The translations under genes were made by a program, and so were the position numbers. This document shows positions 39,685-49,404 of a DNA stretch of 64,000 nt, in pieces (within the stretch, counting starts at the first letter, position 1; every line of letters begins with the position of its first letter). The stretch comes from Chamaesiphon sp. (GTDB taxonomy: Bacteria > Cyanobacteriota > Cyanobacteriia > Cyanobacteriales > Chamaesiphonaceae), in assembly GCA_965246715.1 (NCBI GenBank), contig CBDFFH010000005.1, positions 256,001 through 320,000 of the forward strand, given 5' to 3'. The notes below the pieces were generated by a model, which was given only the letters and a program-made list of their open reading frames with translations, was not told where the DNA came from and did not search any database.

Positions 39685-39821
39685 TGCGGCTGACGATTGA
39701 AAGCAATAGACTTATGCAGATGGCCTCAAATAAAATCGATGGAATCTAGAGTAGCCTAGCCCTAGAGGGGTACAACATGGCTGTTCGGCAAAAATTTTGA
39801 TGATTAACTAAGGAGATTGTT

Positions 39822-40559
39822 ATGAACGTTCAAAACTCAGTTGCTTTTGTCACAGGTGCAAATCGCGGAATTGGTAGAGCCTATGTTGAAGCTCTCTTAC
39901 AAGCAGGTGCTCGCCGCATTTATGCAACTGCTCGATCGATCGACACACTCCAAGATTTAGTTGCACTTGCGCCCGATCGGATTATGCCCATCGGGTTGGA
40001 TGTGACCGATATCGAACAAATCAAAGCGGCTGCTGAAACTGCTCGGGATGTCACCTTGCTAATTAATAACGCTGGAGTAATCGGTTCTGGTGGTTTATTT
40101 ACCCCTAACAGCGTGGAGACAGCTCAATGGGAAATGAATACCAACTACTTCGGAACACTCTCAATGGTTCGTACTTTTGCGCCGATTCTGAAGCGTAATG
40201 GAGGCGGGACAATTGTCAACATGATGTCAGTGGTCGCTATTGCAAATGCACCTGTGTTTGGCTCTTACAGTGCTTCTAAAGCTGCTCTTCATTCCCTAAC
40301 CCAAGACATTCGAGCCGAGTTGGCAGCACAAGGCACACAGATAGTGGGCGTTTTTCCTGGCCCCGTAGATACGGCGATGACTGAAGGTTTACCTTTTGAT
40401 AAAGCTGAACCGAGCGATGTGGCGAAAACAGTTCTGCAAGCGATCGAAGCAGGGATTGAGGATGTCTATCCCGATCCAGTCTCTCAAGGTGCGTTTGCGG
40501 CGATCGCCGCGCCATTAAAAGCCGTTGAAAAACAGTTTGCAGGTTGGATGCCTCAATAG
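39822..40559 (+). CDS. SDR family oxidoreductase, related to 3281-4039
   Basis: TGANRGIG, NNAG and YSASK motifs; AGGAG RBS. Confidence 0.92.
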   Translation: MNVQNSVAFVTGANRGIGRAYVEALLQAGARRIYATARSIDTLQDLVALAPDRIMPIGLDVTDIEQIKAAAETARDVTLLINNAGVIGSGGLFTPNSVETAQWEMNTNYFGTLSMVRTFAPILKRNGGGTIVNMMSVVAIANAPVFGSYSASKAALHSLTQDIRAELAAQGTQIVGVFPGPVDTAMTEGLPFDKAEPSDVAKTVLQAIEAGIEDVYPDPVSQGAFAAIAAPLKAVEKQFAGWMPQ

Positions 40560-40597
40560 GCGGGAATGTCTTTTCCTCAGCTAATCGATTGAGGGTT

Positions 40598-41170
40598 TTA
40601 AATCAAGAGATTTAAAGCACGGCGAACATAGTCCGTCCAAGACTCGGATGTCGGTGGAAAAATTAAGGCGTAGAGCATGATGCCGCTCATCGTATCAAAG
40701 ACAAGATCGGAGTCTAAATCTGTTGAAATTTCGTTTCTTGCCTTTGCGCGTTCTAAGACAATCGCAAAGGTTTTGCGTCGCGGTTCCAGGTATTTTGTCC
40801 AGTAAATGCGGGCGAATTGAGGATTACTTGCTGCACTGCTGACGATCGTGGCAACAGTTTGTCGTCCGAGTGGACTGAGGGTGATCTGGGCGGCATTTTG
40901 AACCAGCGCATCAAGATCGCTCTGAAGACTCCCCGTATCGGGAAGAATGATTTCTTCTCGCACACTTTCGATCGCATCTGCCACCAGCTCTTCTTTGGAG
41001 GTATAACGCCGATAGATCGTCGTCTTACCCACACCAGCACGCGCCGCGATCGCTTCGATACTCAGTCGATCGAATCCAACTTCTCCAAGTAATTCTAACG
41101 TAGCTTGCAGCATCGCTTGATGCGATTGCTGACTACGCGGTCTGCCGAGTGATTTGTCGATCTTAGCCAT
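40598..41170 (-). CDS. TetR/AcrR family regulator
   Basis: GRPRS..., IAARAGVGKTTIYRRY.SKEEL; start moved to MAKIDK. Confidence 0.9.
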   Translation of the reverse strand: MAKIDKSLGRPRSQQSHQAMLQATLELLGEVGFDRLSIEAIAARAGVGKTTIYRRYTSKEELVADAIESVREEIILPDTGSLQSDLDALVQNAAQITLSPLGRQTVATIVSSAASNPQFARIYWTKYLEPRRKTFAIVLERAKARNEISTDLDSDLVFDTMSGIMLYALIFPPTSESWTDYVRRALNLLI

Positions 41171-41188
41171 ATCTGCTATGATAATATA

Positions 41189-41206
41189 CGATACAGTACC
41201 GTATCG
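41189..41206. promoter_or_regulatory. Putative TetR operator
   Basis: CGATAC-N6-GTATCG in the 41-bp gap between divergent starts. Confidence 0.6.
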
Positions 41207-41211
41207 AAAAT

Positions 41212-41706
41212 ATGCTAGATCGAAATCGTCCCCATTACATGGATCGCAATAGTATTCAGACGCTTCGAGCAGGTCTGACGGAATACTATGCACTCAACCC
41301 TCATGTTACGCCGCCGGAAACACAACCAGCCGAATTTGGCAAAATCTTGTACGCTCATGATGTCGGTCATGTTATTTATGCTTGCGACACGGGCATGTTC
41401 GATGAATTAAAGATTTTACCGCTATTTTGGTGGACGAGTGAGTGTACGTTTGGGACTTATCTCCAGATGAAAAATTCACCCGCTGTCGATGTGATGTATG
41501 CCGATATGATAAGAGAAAAAGGCGTGCTGTGGCTGTATGGCGCGGTGCTAAAAGTACTGCCGACGCTCATCCCTACGTTAATACCGATTTGGTTCAAAAC
41601 TCGCAATCGTCAGAAGTTGCTCCCGTTTCTAGAATTTGAGCCGTTACTCGATCGATCTCTCCTCGATATTCGTCAAGAGTTCGATCTGTTGCAGTTTATT
41701 AACTGA
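41212..41706 (+). CDS. Hypothetical protein with Coq4-like HD..H motif
   Basis: AHDVGHVI...DT...DE; divergent from the TetR gene. Confidence 0.7.
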   Translation: MLDRNRPHYMDRNSIQTLRAGLTEYYALNPHVTPPETQPAEFGKILYAHDVGHVIYACDTGMFDELKILPLFWWTSECTFGTYLQMKNSPAVDVMYADMIREKGVLWLYGAVLKVLPTLIPTLIPIWFKTRNRQKLLPFLEFEPLLDRSLLDIRQEFDLLQFIN

Positions 41707-42035
41707 CAGATTTATTCGTTCAATCGCATTCGAGTCAATACCATAGCTCCCTGGTTTCTTTAAACGCTGCTGGTAATCAGTTCACACTCACACAATCCGC
41801 AGCCATTCTAGTTTTTCTGGCTGAAAAACATGGTCGATTACTATCAACAGAGCAGATCGCCCGCGCCCGCGTATTTGAACAGTTATTCTTTCACGCATTC
41901 GATCGCCTTCAATCTCATTTACCCCGATCGAAAGTGGAGGAGCGCAAATATCTAGATCGAGCGAAGCATTGGCGATCTCCTCGCGCTGTTGATCGATATT
42001 ATTAGATGACAGTTAAATTTTGATATGAATATCTT

Positions 42036-42305
42036 TTAACTCAAATGTCTCCGCCCTTGCCGATCGCGTGTTGACGTTTGTTTCGTCGCAAACTTACGTC
42101 GGTAGCTGTATTGCCCATATACACTCACTAAATAGGGCATTAAGTAGGTCATTACTACAGCAATCCACCGATCGGTAGTCATTTCCCCGCGCGATAGTGC
42201 TAACCCATGATTGATGACAAATAGTAACGAGCCAACTACTAATGCTGTCTTTAATCCTGTAGAAACAAATTCGGGATCGAATAGGCTGACTAAATACTTG
42301 ACCAT
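42036..42305 (-). CDS. nrtS: NrtS-family small nitrate/nitrite transporter
   Basis: ALVVGS.LF.INHG, RW....TY..PY.VS.YG. Confidence 0.8.
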   Translation of the reverse strand: MVKYLVSLFDPEFVSTGLKTALVVGSLLFVINHGLALSRGEMTTDRWIAVVMTYLMPYLVSVYGQYSYRRKFATKQTSTRDRQGRRHLS

Positions 42306-42440
42306 CGTGATGGATGATTGACTGGGAATATTTGAGTATTTTATCCGGTTGTTACAGTGAGAACTGTTCGTCTCAAACAAATTAAGGGCAGCGGATCGAT
42401 GTGAAATTAATTCACAGTTAGTTGGCGCGTCATGAGTTCG

Positions 42441-42464
42441 TTCGCACCAGCGTACAGTCAGATA
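42441..42464 (+). mobile_element. Degenerate 24-nt small dispersed repeat at CG^ATCG
   Basis: CG|TTCGCACCAGCGTACAGTCAGATA|ATCG; closely similar to the 16547 copy. Confidence 0.6.
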
Positions 42465-42612
42465 ATCGTCTCACTCACGTTCACGCCACCTTTTTTAATG
42501 ATTTAATCCTGGCTTCTGTGCATATTCTTAGCTCGTTCACAGCGAAATTTAAGGAAACTTTTTGATAATAGAAAAGTAGAAAATAATCTTTCCTTAGAAG
42601 ACACCAATCGCT

Positions 42613-42984
42613 ATGTCTGTTCACCATGATTTGATTAACTTGACCGCAGACAACTTTCAGTCCGAAGTTATTCATTCACCAATTCCGGTGGTGGTAGATT
42701 GCTGGGCAAGCTGGTGTCTGCCTTTTTACAAGGATAATCTGCTCCTCGACAACCTCTCACAAGAGTTTGCCGGACGCATCAAAATCTGTCGCTTGAATGT
42801 GGCAACTGCCGATGAGATAGCAGCCTGCTATAGCATTCGTGCTGTACCTACACTGCTAATCTTCCGTGATGGCAAAATTGTAAATCGATCGATCGGTTCA
42901 GCGCAACCAGATAAAATCGTCGATCGGCTTAACACATTAACCCGAACTGCTGAATCAAATAAAAGACTAATTAGCTGTCAATGA
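42613..42984 (+). CDS. Thioredoxin-like protein with atypical WCLPF active site
   Basis: VVVDCWASWCLPF, IRAVPTLLIF.DG. Confidence 0.85.
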   Translation: MSVHHDLINLTADNFQSEVIHSPIPVVVDCWASWCLPFYKDNLLLDNLSQEFAGRIKICRLNVATADEIAACYSIRAVPTLLIFRDGKIVNRSIGSAQPDKIVDRLNTLTRTAESNKRLISCQ

Positions 42985-43589
42985 ATTCCTCGCAACTAAA
43001 TCGGCTCCTCTTAGAAATAAGCTCATTTGCCTATCCTGTAGAGCTAGCCGCAGGAGAGATCCTATTTACTCAAACCGATCTTGCCGAAGCAGTATTTATG
43101 GTGGAATCTGGCTGCATCTTGCTGTTTAACTATACCGAAGATGGACACAGAATAAACCACTATAGTGCCAGAACCGGAGAACTCTTTGCCGAACTGATGT
43201 TGTTTCATGACGCATATCTCTGTACGGCGATCGCCGATACTCGATCGCGGGTATTGGTTTTGCCAAAGCAACCCTTTTTAACAGCACTCAAACATTCTCC
43301 CGAACTAACTGAAGCATTGATGTTGCAGTTAGCCAAACGACTCCATGAGAGCAAAATGTTGTTGGAACTACGAAGCATTCGTTCTGCTCATAAACGGGTG
43401 TTGCACTATTTACAACTACTGACCCCATCCCAGTCAAATACCTTAATTCTGGATCGTCCCCTGAAAGACATCGCTCTCGATGTGGGATTAACGCCTGAAG
43501 CTTTATCGCGATCGCTCAAATATCTACAAGAAATGGGTGTAATCTCTCGCAGCCAGCGGTCAATTAAGATTCATCGAAATCGGCTCTAA
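42981..43589 (+). CDS. Crp/Fnr family transcriptional regulator, paralog of 39020
   Basis: GELFAE, LRSIRSA..RVLHYL, IA..VGLTPEALSR. Confidence 0.9.
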   Translation: MNSSQLNRLLLEISSFAYPVELAAGEILFTQTDLAEAVFMVESGCILLFNYTEDGHRINHYSARTGELFAELMLFHDAYLCTAIADTRSRVLVLPKQPFLTALKHSPELTEALMLQLAKRLHESKMLLELRSIRSAHKRVLHYLQLLTPSQSNTLILDRPLKDIALDVGLTPEALSRSLKYLQEMGVISRSQRSIKIHRNRL

Positions 43590-43674
43590 ATTGATTCTAA
43601 TCATTGAAAGTTCTGGGTGCAAATCCTATAGTGGGTCTATTTATTTCCCAGCTCTTCATTATGAGTATCTGTCT

Positions 43675-44940
43675 ATGAGTTCTCTAGACCCCCGCTCCTC
43701 TGCGTTCAGTCACCATGTGTTGGCATGTTTAACGGAACTAAGTTATCATGCTGGCGACTTGGATGGCTACTTAACAAAGCTGGTGCTGGGTGTCAGCAGA
43801 TTAATTCAGTCTGATTGGTCGATCGTGACTATTTGTGAGGGCGATACAGGTCGAGTTGTCGCCAGTAGCCTCGATACGGGACAGGAAGATGCTGGTTTCT
43901 CGGTTCACGGGACACTCGCCAATGAAGTGACTATCTCAGGGCGACCGCTGATCGTTGAAGATAGTCGCAAACAATTGAGAGTAAATAATCCGCCCCCAGA
44001 ATATCCCTGCTATTTGGGAGTCCCGTTAAGAACATCTAGCAAAGAAGTAATTGGGACGATTTGTTCTTTCCTGCGGGAGCCGCGTCCCTTCACAGATTCG
44101 GAAGTCAAAATTGTGGAATTATTTGCCGAAAGAGCAGCTACAGCAATTGAAAATTATCGGCTCTATCAGCAGCAGATCCGATTCAATCAACGGCTGGCTG
44201 AAGAGGTTGCTGCCCGAACAAACGAGCTTCAGCTTGCCCAAGCACAGCTAATCGAACGGGAACGATTAGCTGCCATTGGCGAATTTACAGCCACGATCGT
44301 CCATGAAGTGCGGAATCCCCTGATGACGATTGAAATGGGCTTAAAATATGCCCATAGAGTTTTGGATTCCAATGCCGATCGAGAGCGGCTAGCCCTGTCG
44401 CTGAGCGAATCCGATCGGCTCAAACATCTATTGCAGGAAATTCTTTCCTATGCAAAACCCCAACCATTGCAGCTCTCCAGGTTGAATATCAGTGAATTCT
44501 TGAAGCTGCTGTTAATCCAGATTCAGGAACTACCCGAAGCTGTCGATCGCCGGATCGATTTTGAAAACCATCTTCCAGCGGGTGAGGTGATGGCAGATAT
44601 TAATAAGTTAAAACAAGTTTTTATCAATCTGTTTCGGAATGCCTGTGAGGCGATCGATCCCCACGATAGTATTAGTTGTTCGCTCGGTATCGAAATCGAC
44701 TCGAACTATGTTTGGATTCAAATCCATAACGGTGGAGAGCCGATTCCACCAGAATTATTGCCCCAACTTACCACACCTTTCTGTTCGTCCAAATCCTCTG
44801 GTACTGGATTGGGGTTGGCAATTTCCAAGCGAATTCTTACGGCGCACGATGGCAAACTGACGATCGCCTCTTCTAGTCTAGGAACGACAGTAAGCGTTTA
44901 TCTGCCGATCTGCTCCCATCCGATCGCAAATTCGGGTTGA
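43675..44940 (+). CDS. GAF-domain sensor histidine kinase
   Basis: GAF domain (YLGVPL..IGTIC), H-box HEVRNPL, N-box, GTGLGL; start uncertain. Confidence 0.9.
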   Translation: MSSLDPRSSAFSHHVLACLTELSYHAGDLDGYLTKLVLGVSRLIQSDWSIVTICEGDTGRVVASSLDTGQEDAGFSVHGTLANEVTISGRPLIVEDSRKQLRVNNPPPEYPCYLGVPLRTSSKEVIGTICSFLREPRPFTDSEVKIVELFAERAATAIENYRLYQQQIRFNQRLAEEVAARTNELQLAQAQLIERERLAAIGEFTATIVHEVRNPLMTIEMGLKYAHRVLDSNADRERLALSLSESDRLKHLLQEILSYAKPQPLQLSRLNISEFLKLLLIQIQELPEAVDRRIDFENHLPAGEVMADINKLKQVFINLFRNACEAIDPHDSISCSLGIEIDSNYVWIQIHNGGEPIPPELLPQLTTPFCSSKSSGTGLGLAISKRILTAHDGKLTIASSSLGTTVSVYLPICSHPIANSG

Positions 44941-45069
44941 GGATCTCAACATCTGTAATTCAGGTTTTATTCTGGAAAGACGATCGAAAACTTGATGCTT
45001 TCACCTAATGTCGATCGCGATCGCGAATCGGTGGTGTTTTGAGATTGCGAAACAAAGCGAGTATCAGCT

Positions 45070-45096
45070 TGTCACAAACCAAGTGTCTGCCTCGTC
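45070..45096 (+). promoter_or_regulatory. ECF41-type promoter
   Basis: Exact TGTCACA-N16-CGTC upstream of an operon ending in an ECF41 sigma factor. Confidence 0.85.
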
Positions 45097-45137
45097 TTAG
45101 TTAAGATAGACCAATCTCTAATCATAGGCAAGACATT

Positions 45138-45800
45138 ATGTCTGAGCTACTTACCTGTTTTGATGCCATTCTGAGCCAAACGGCTCCTAAAATCTCCACT
45201 CGTCTACAGCCTGGACTGGAGATCGCTGAAATTGAGACCCAAATCACTTCATTCTCATGGCAGTTTCCTCAGGACGCTTTCGATCTGTATTCATGGCACA
45301 ACGGGCTATCTGGTATACCAGGAAAGTTAAATTTGGTAGAGAAGCTGCTTAGGGTAAAAGGAAAATGGCATGGAGAGTTATCGGGTCGAGAGAATGAAGT
45401 GCATCTATATCTGGGAAATCGCCTGATTATTGCAAAATTCTTGCCTCTGGACTATGCCTTAGCAGGACATCGCCACTTAAAGCTGGGCAGATGCCCCATC
45501 GATCTACTGCCTTTTTCGATCTTGACTGATGCCAACGATACGATTTACTGCATGATGCGATTAGATCCAGAGAATCCCGTCATTTACTGTGCCAACGGGA
45601 CAAACCTGCCGCCGATGAAAGTCACTGAGTCATTTTTATCAACACAGCCTCAATTTAGCCAATTGAGCGATTTCATCATGTTCTTGACCGCAGTAGGTCA
45701 GCAGAGCATTCGACCGATCGCGACAAATCAACAAAACACGATTGATTGCGAACTCAATCAGATGCAGTTTGAGCAAAGCTACCAACAATGTAAAGGCTAA
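45138..45800 (+). CDS. SMI1/KNR4-like hypothetical protein
   Basis: LQPGL...EI......W.FP.D...LY.WHNG N-terminal motif. Confidence 0.6.
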   Translation: MSELLTCFDAILSQTAPKISTRLQPGLEIAEIETQITSFSWQFPQDAFDLYSWHNGLSGIPGKLNLVEKLLRVKGKWHGELSGRENEVHLYLGNRLIIAKFLPLDYALAGHRHLKLGRCPIDLLPFSILTDANDTIYCMMRLDPENPVIYCANGTNLPPMKVTESFLSTQPQFSQLSDFIMFLTAVGQQSIRPIATNQQNTIDCELNQMQFEQSYQQCKG

Positions 45801-45831
45801 ATCGTCTCATCGAAAATTATATCGCAGCCTC

Positions 45832-46455
45832 ATGAAACTACTTGAAATTCAATCCAGTGTACGGGCAGAAAAATCGATTTCTCGCACCCTCAGTCACGAA
45901 TTTATTCAAACATGGCAGAATTTTCATCCTGATGGAAGACACCAACAGCGAGATGTCGGTTTGAATCCTCCGGCTCATCCTACAGAACTGTGGACAACGG
46001 CAAATTATCTTCCGTCAGATAGCCATACTTCAGAAATGGAATCAGCACTCGCTGAATCTGAGCAACTCATTCAGGAATTGCTGTGGGCAGATTATCTATT
46101 GCTCGGTGTGCCGATGTATAACTTTAGCGTTCCATCTACGTTTAAGGTGTATGTGGATAATATCGTTCGAGTGAATCGCACCTTTGCATTCGATCCGGCT
46201 AATTCAACCTTTGAAGGACTTGTCACCCATAAAAAGGCATTAGTCATTACTCCGAGTGCTGGAGACTTTGCGCCCGATACGCGACTGGGCAGTATGAATT
46301 TTTGTGAAACCTATCTGCGATCGATTCTCGGTTTTATTGGCATTGAAGACATCATTATTGTTTCTGTTCCTAATCAGTTTATGCCCGATGAGATTCGGCA
46401 ACAGTCAATCGAACAGGCCCGCACAAAGCTGATGAGTTTAGCGGCAACTTGGTAA
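45832..46455 (+). CDS. azoR: FMN-dependent NADH-azoreductase
   Basis: LL.IQSS.R...S.SR and PMYNFSVPS.FK.Y.D motifs. Confidence 0.9.
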   Translation: MKLLEIQSSVRAEKSISRTLSHEFIQTWQNFHPDGRHQQRDVGLNPPAHPTELWTTANYLPSDSHTSEMESALAESEQLIQELLWADYLLLGVPMYNFSVPSTFKVYVDNIVRVNRTFAFDPANSTFEGLVTHKKALVITPSAGDFAPDTRLGSMNFCETYLRSILGFIGIEDIIIVSVPNQFMPDEIRQQSIEQARTKLMSLAATW

Positions 46456-46458
46456 CTT

Positions 46459-47313
46459 ATGAACCAATTAGATCTGTTTAACCAGTATCGCTCTCTTTTA
46501 TTTGCGATCGCCTATCGAATGCTAGGCAGCGTGACTGAGGCAGAAGATATTGTTCAGGAAGCCTGGATTCGCTGGCAAAGTATCGATAGCATTGTACAAT
46601 CGCCCAAAGCGTTTCTGTCGAGTGTTGTGACTCGTTTATGTATCGACCATCTGCGATCGGCGCGGGTCAAACGAGAGCAGTATACAGGCACATGGTTGCC
46701 AGAGCCACTCATCACGGAACCAGCAGCAGACTGTGCTGAATTAGCAGAATCTCTTTCATTCGCATTTCTGATGCTGCTTGAATGCCTCTCTCCGACCGAA
46801 AGAGCCGTTTTCCTGTTACGTGAAGTGTTTGATTATGACTACGAGTCGATTGCCCTGACTGTTAGAAAAAGTGTCCCCAACTGCCGTCAGATTGTGCGCC
46901 GCGCCCGTCAGCATCTAGTACTACGCAGACCAGCGATAGATCCTAATTCCCATGATAAAGAAATCTTGGTCGAGCAATTCCTTGAATATTGGAGTCATGG
47001 CGATTTACAGGGACTCGTTGCGCTGATGGCGCAAGATGTCACGTTCTGGGCAGATGGCGGGGGAAAAGTAGTTGCCGCACAGAAACCATTGTGTGGCTGT
47101 CTAAAAGTCGCTCGTTTTTTAGTCGCGATCCGTCGCAGCCAACGAACACCGATACTGATTTCGCGAGTGATAGAGTTCAATGGTCAGACTGGAGTTGTTA
47201 ATGTCGCCGATGGGAAACCTCACAGTACGTTTAGCTTTGAGTTTGCAGGAGATAAAATCCAATCAATTTTTGCAGTGGTTAATCCAGAGAAGTTAGGAGC
47301 CGTAAAATCATAG
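46459..47313 (+). CDS. ECF41 (SigJ-like) sigma factor with C-terminal SnoaL domain
   Basis: AYRMLGS..EAEDIVQE, WLPEP, DGGGK and NPEKL motifs. Confidence 0.92.
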   Translation: MNQLDLFNQYRSLLFAIAYRMLGSVTEAEDIVQEAWIRWQSIDSIVQSPKAFLSSVVTRLCIDHLRSARVKREQYTGTWLPEPLITEPAADCAELAESLSFAFLMLLECLSPTERAVFLLREVFDYDYESIALTVRKSVPNCRQIVRRARQHLVLRRPAIDPNSHDKEILVEQFLEYWSHGDLQGLVALMAQDVTFWADGGGKVVAAQKPLCGCLKVARFLVAIRRSQRTPILISRVIEFNGQTGVVNVADGKPHSTFSFEFAGDKIQSIFAVVNPEKLGAVKS

Positions 47314-47397
47314 TTAAGTCTTTAGGCAACAGCAGCCCAACAACCTGATTGGAGCGGACTTGGGCAAAGGATGGATATCTTTACGCTCAGAATTTCT

Positions 47398-48084
47398 CTA
47401 CCAGAATGCAGGTTTATGACGAATTAAACTGAGGAATTCCTCACGAGTTTTGGGATCTTCCTGAAACGCACCTACCATAGCACTCGTAACCGTCCAAGCT
47501 CCGGGCTTCTGCACGCCGCGCATCGACATACACATGTGAGTTGCTTCGATAACCACCGCCACCCCCTGGGGTGCTAACACCTCTTGAATAGCATCGGCAA
47601 TTTGACGAGTCAATCGTTCCTGTACTTGCAAACGCCGCGCATACATTTCGACAATTCGAGCGAGTTTGCTCAAACCCACCACTTTTTGGTTGGGAAGATA
47701 GGCGATGTGTGCGCGACCGACAAATGGCAACATGTGATGCTCGCACAAGCTAAACAGATCGATATCCCGCACCAATACCATTTCGTTGTGCCCTTCGTCG
47801 AACACCGCATCGTTGATGATTTCTTCCAACGATTGATGATAGCCACTGGTGAGGAATTGCATTGCTTTTGCCACTCGATCGGGTGTTTTGAGCAAGCCTT
47901 CCCGATCGGGGTTTTCATCTACACCTAAAATTAGGGTACGCACGGCATCTGCCATGTCTACTTGGCTGACTTTATAGATCGCGGGCGATTTATTGGCATT
48001 CATACCATTGAGAGAATTGCCTTTAGGTGAGGTCGATTGGGGCTGAGAACTTTTTGGAGATGAATGACGATCGGCAATAGTCAT
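47398..48084 (-). CDS. folE: GTP cyclohydrolase I
   Basis: [23 protein letters not shown] and H.CM.MRGV motifs. Confidence 0.96.
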   Translation of the reverse strand: MTIADRHSSPKSSQPQSTSPKGNSLNGMNANKSPAIYKVSQVDMADAVRTLILGVDENPDREGLLKTPDRVAKAMQFLTSGYHQSLEEIINDAVFDEGHNEMVLVRDIDLFSLCEHHMLPFVGRAHIAYLPNQKVVGLSKLARIVEMYARRLQVQERLTRQIADAIQEVLAPQGVAVVIEATHMCMSMRGVQKPGAWTVTSAMVGAFQEDPKTREEFLSLIRHKPAFW

Positions 48085-48115
48085 GATAGATGTAGATAAA
48101 GAATATGATGGCGAT

Positions 48116-48139
48116 CCGGCAAAGCCGACGCTACGCGAT
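48116..48139 (-). mobile_element. 24-nt small dispersed repeat at CG^ATCG (intergenic)
   Basis: Reverse strand CG|ATCGCGTAGCGTCGGCTTTGCCGG|ATCGC. Confidence 0.7.
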
Positions 48140-48156
48140 CGAATAGCGAAAACTTG

Positions 48157-48783
48157 TTATGAATGGAGTAGTTTCTGGATCGTGCGTTCGGTTTCGGCAT
48201 AAGCTCCTTCGCCAATATGGTCGTAGGTGATATTGCCCTGACGATCTGCTAAAAATAGATGCGGCCAATATTCATTTTTGTAAGCCTGCCAAGTTTTGAA
48301 GTTATTATCGATCGCGACTGGATAGGTAATGCCCTGCCGCCGCATCGCAGCTCGAACGTTACTTATCTTCCGCTCGTAGGGGGACTCTGGCGTATGGATG
48401 CCGACTACTTTGAGTCCTTGCGCTGCATACTTACGATGCCAAGCAGTGACGTGGGGTAAGGTGCGCTGACAGTTGATGCACGAATACGTCCAAAACTGAA
48501 TCAAAGCTACGCTACCCTTGAGATCTTGGCTGGTGAGTGGGGATGAATTCAACCACTCTTGGATGCCCTGAAATTCAGGCAGAGCGTTACCTGTAGATTG
48601 AAGGGCAAGGATCTGGGTAGAATCGGCATCCAACATTGCTTTGGTATTAGCAGGATCGATTTGATGCGCCGATCCGAAGCTCCCTTCATTAGCGGTAGCT
48701 CTAAATGCAGATGTGGCTCCTGCACCCACTAAACCTAATCCTAAATACAGAATTCGTCGTCTTTGCCAGATTGACTTATCCAT
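48157..48783 (-). CDS. Exported thioredoxin-like (DipZ-type) protein, copy 2
   Basis: QRRRIL Tat-like signal, FWTYSCINC, IHTPE, YWP. Confidence 0.88.
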   Translation of the reverse strand: MDKSIWQRRRILYLGLGLVGAGATSAFRATANEGSFGSAHQIDPANTKAMLDADSTQILALQSTGNALPEFQGIQEWLNSSPLTSQDLKGSVALIQFWTYSCINCQRTLPHVTAWHRKYAAQGLKVVGIHTPESPYERKISNVRAAMRRQGITYPVAIDNNFKTWQAYKNEYWPHLFLADRQGNITYDHIGEGAYAETERTIQKLLHS

Positions 48784-48916
48784 TTGCTTATCTCATAAGT
48801 GGATGAAGAGTTACTAGATCGGCAGATTTCACTATTCGTTCGCGTCCCAATTTCCAGGGGGAGAGGCTCCGTCCACCAACGAGATGAGGTCGCGTAACCT
48901 GCCACCGATCTCAAAT

Positions 48917-49201
48917 CTACGGCTTGGATGTTGGCGTTGGTTTTACATCACCTTTCATAGCACCGCCCTTATCCTTCATTGCGTCGCCTTTCATAGCACC
49001 GCCCTTATCCTTCATGGCATCACCCTTCATCGCACCGTCTTTATCTTTCATGGCATCACCTTGTTGGGTAGCGTCAGGGGTTGCAGTTGGCGGAGTCGAG
49101 CATGAAGTAAGAGTAGTAGATAAGATGAGTCCAGCGAGGAGAACTAAGATTTTCCAGTTTTTGGTGCGATCGCTCCCGGCAAAAACAGTAGCTAATTTCA
49201 T
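48917..49201 (-). CDS. Methionine-rich MXKDX-repeat lipoprotein
   Basis: LTSC lipobox; three GDAMKDK(D/G)GAMK repeats (36-nt tandem unit). Confidence 0.82.
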   Translation of the reverse strand: MKLATVFAGSDRTKNWKILVLLAGLILSTTLTSCSTPPTATPDATQQGDAMKDKDGAMKGDAMKDKGGAMKGDAMKDKGGAMKGDVKPTPTSKP

Positions 49202-49270
49202 GGATTACTCCCGATCGATTGTCGATCGATATAATGTTTTTAAGCGAACCGAATGTGGCTCGACAATTAC

Positions 49271-49368
49271 AGTATCTCCAACTGTCCTGAAACCTTTGTG
49301 AGCCAAACCCTAAAATTACCTAAATTTATTCTGAGAACGTTCTCATGCCAATCTCAGCAATTTATCAG
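49271..49368. promoter_or_regulatory. Back-to-back 11-bp-periodic arrays plus -10 element for the Met-rich gene
   Basis: Minus: TCTCAG (49331) ... GCTCAC (49298), TTTCAG (49287)-N10-GATACT; plus: TCTCAT/TCTCAG/TATCAG at 49341/49352/49363. Confidence 0.7.
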
Positions 49369-49404
49369 ACTAACATTACATTCGGAATTACTACTAATTA
49401 AATT

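Noticed and set aside
48836..48882. Further copy of the 24-nt element
   Set aside because: Partial similarity (GAGAGGCTCCG..CCAACG), but length and flanks do not restore CGATCG.
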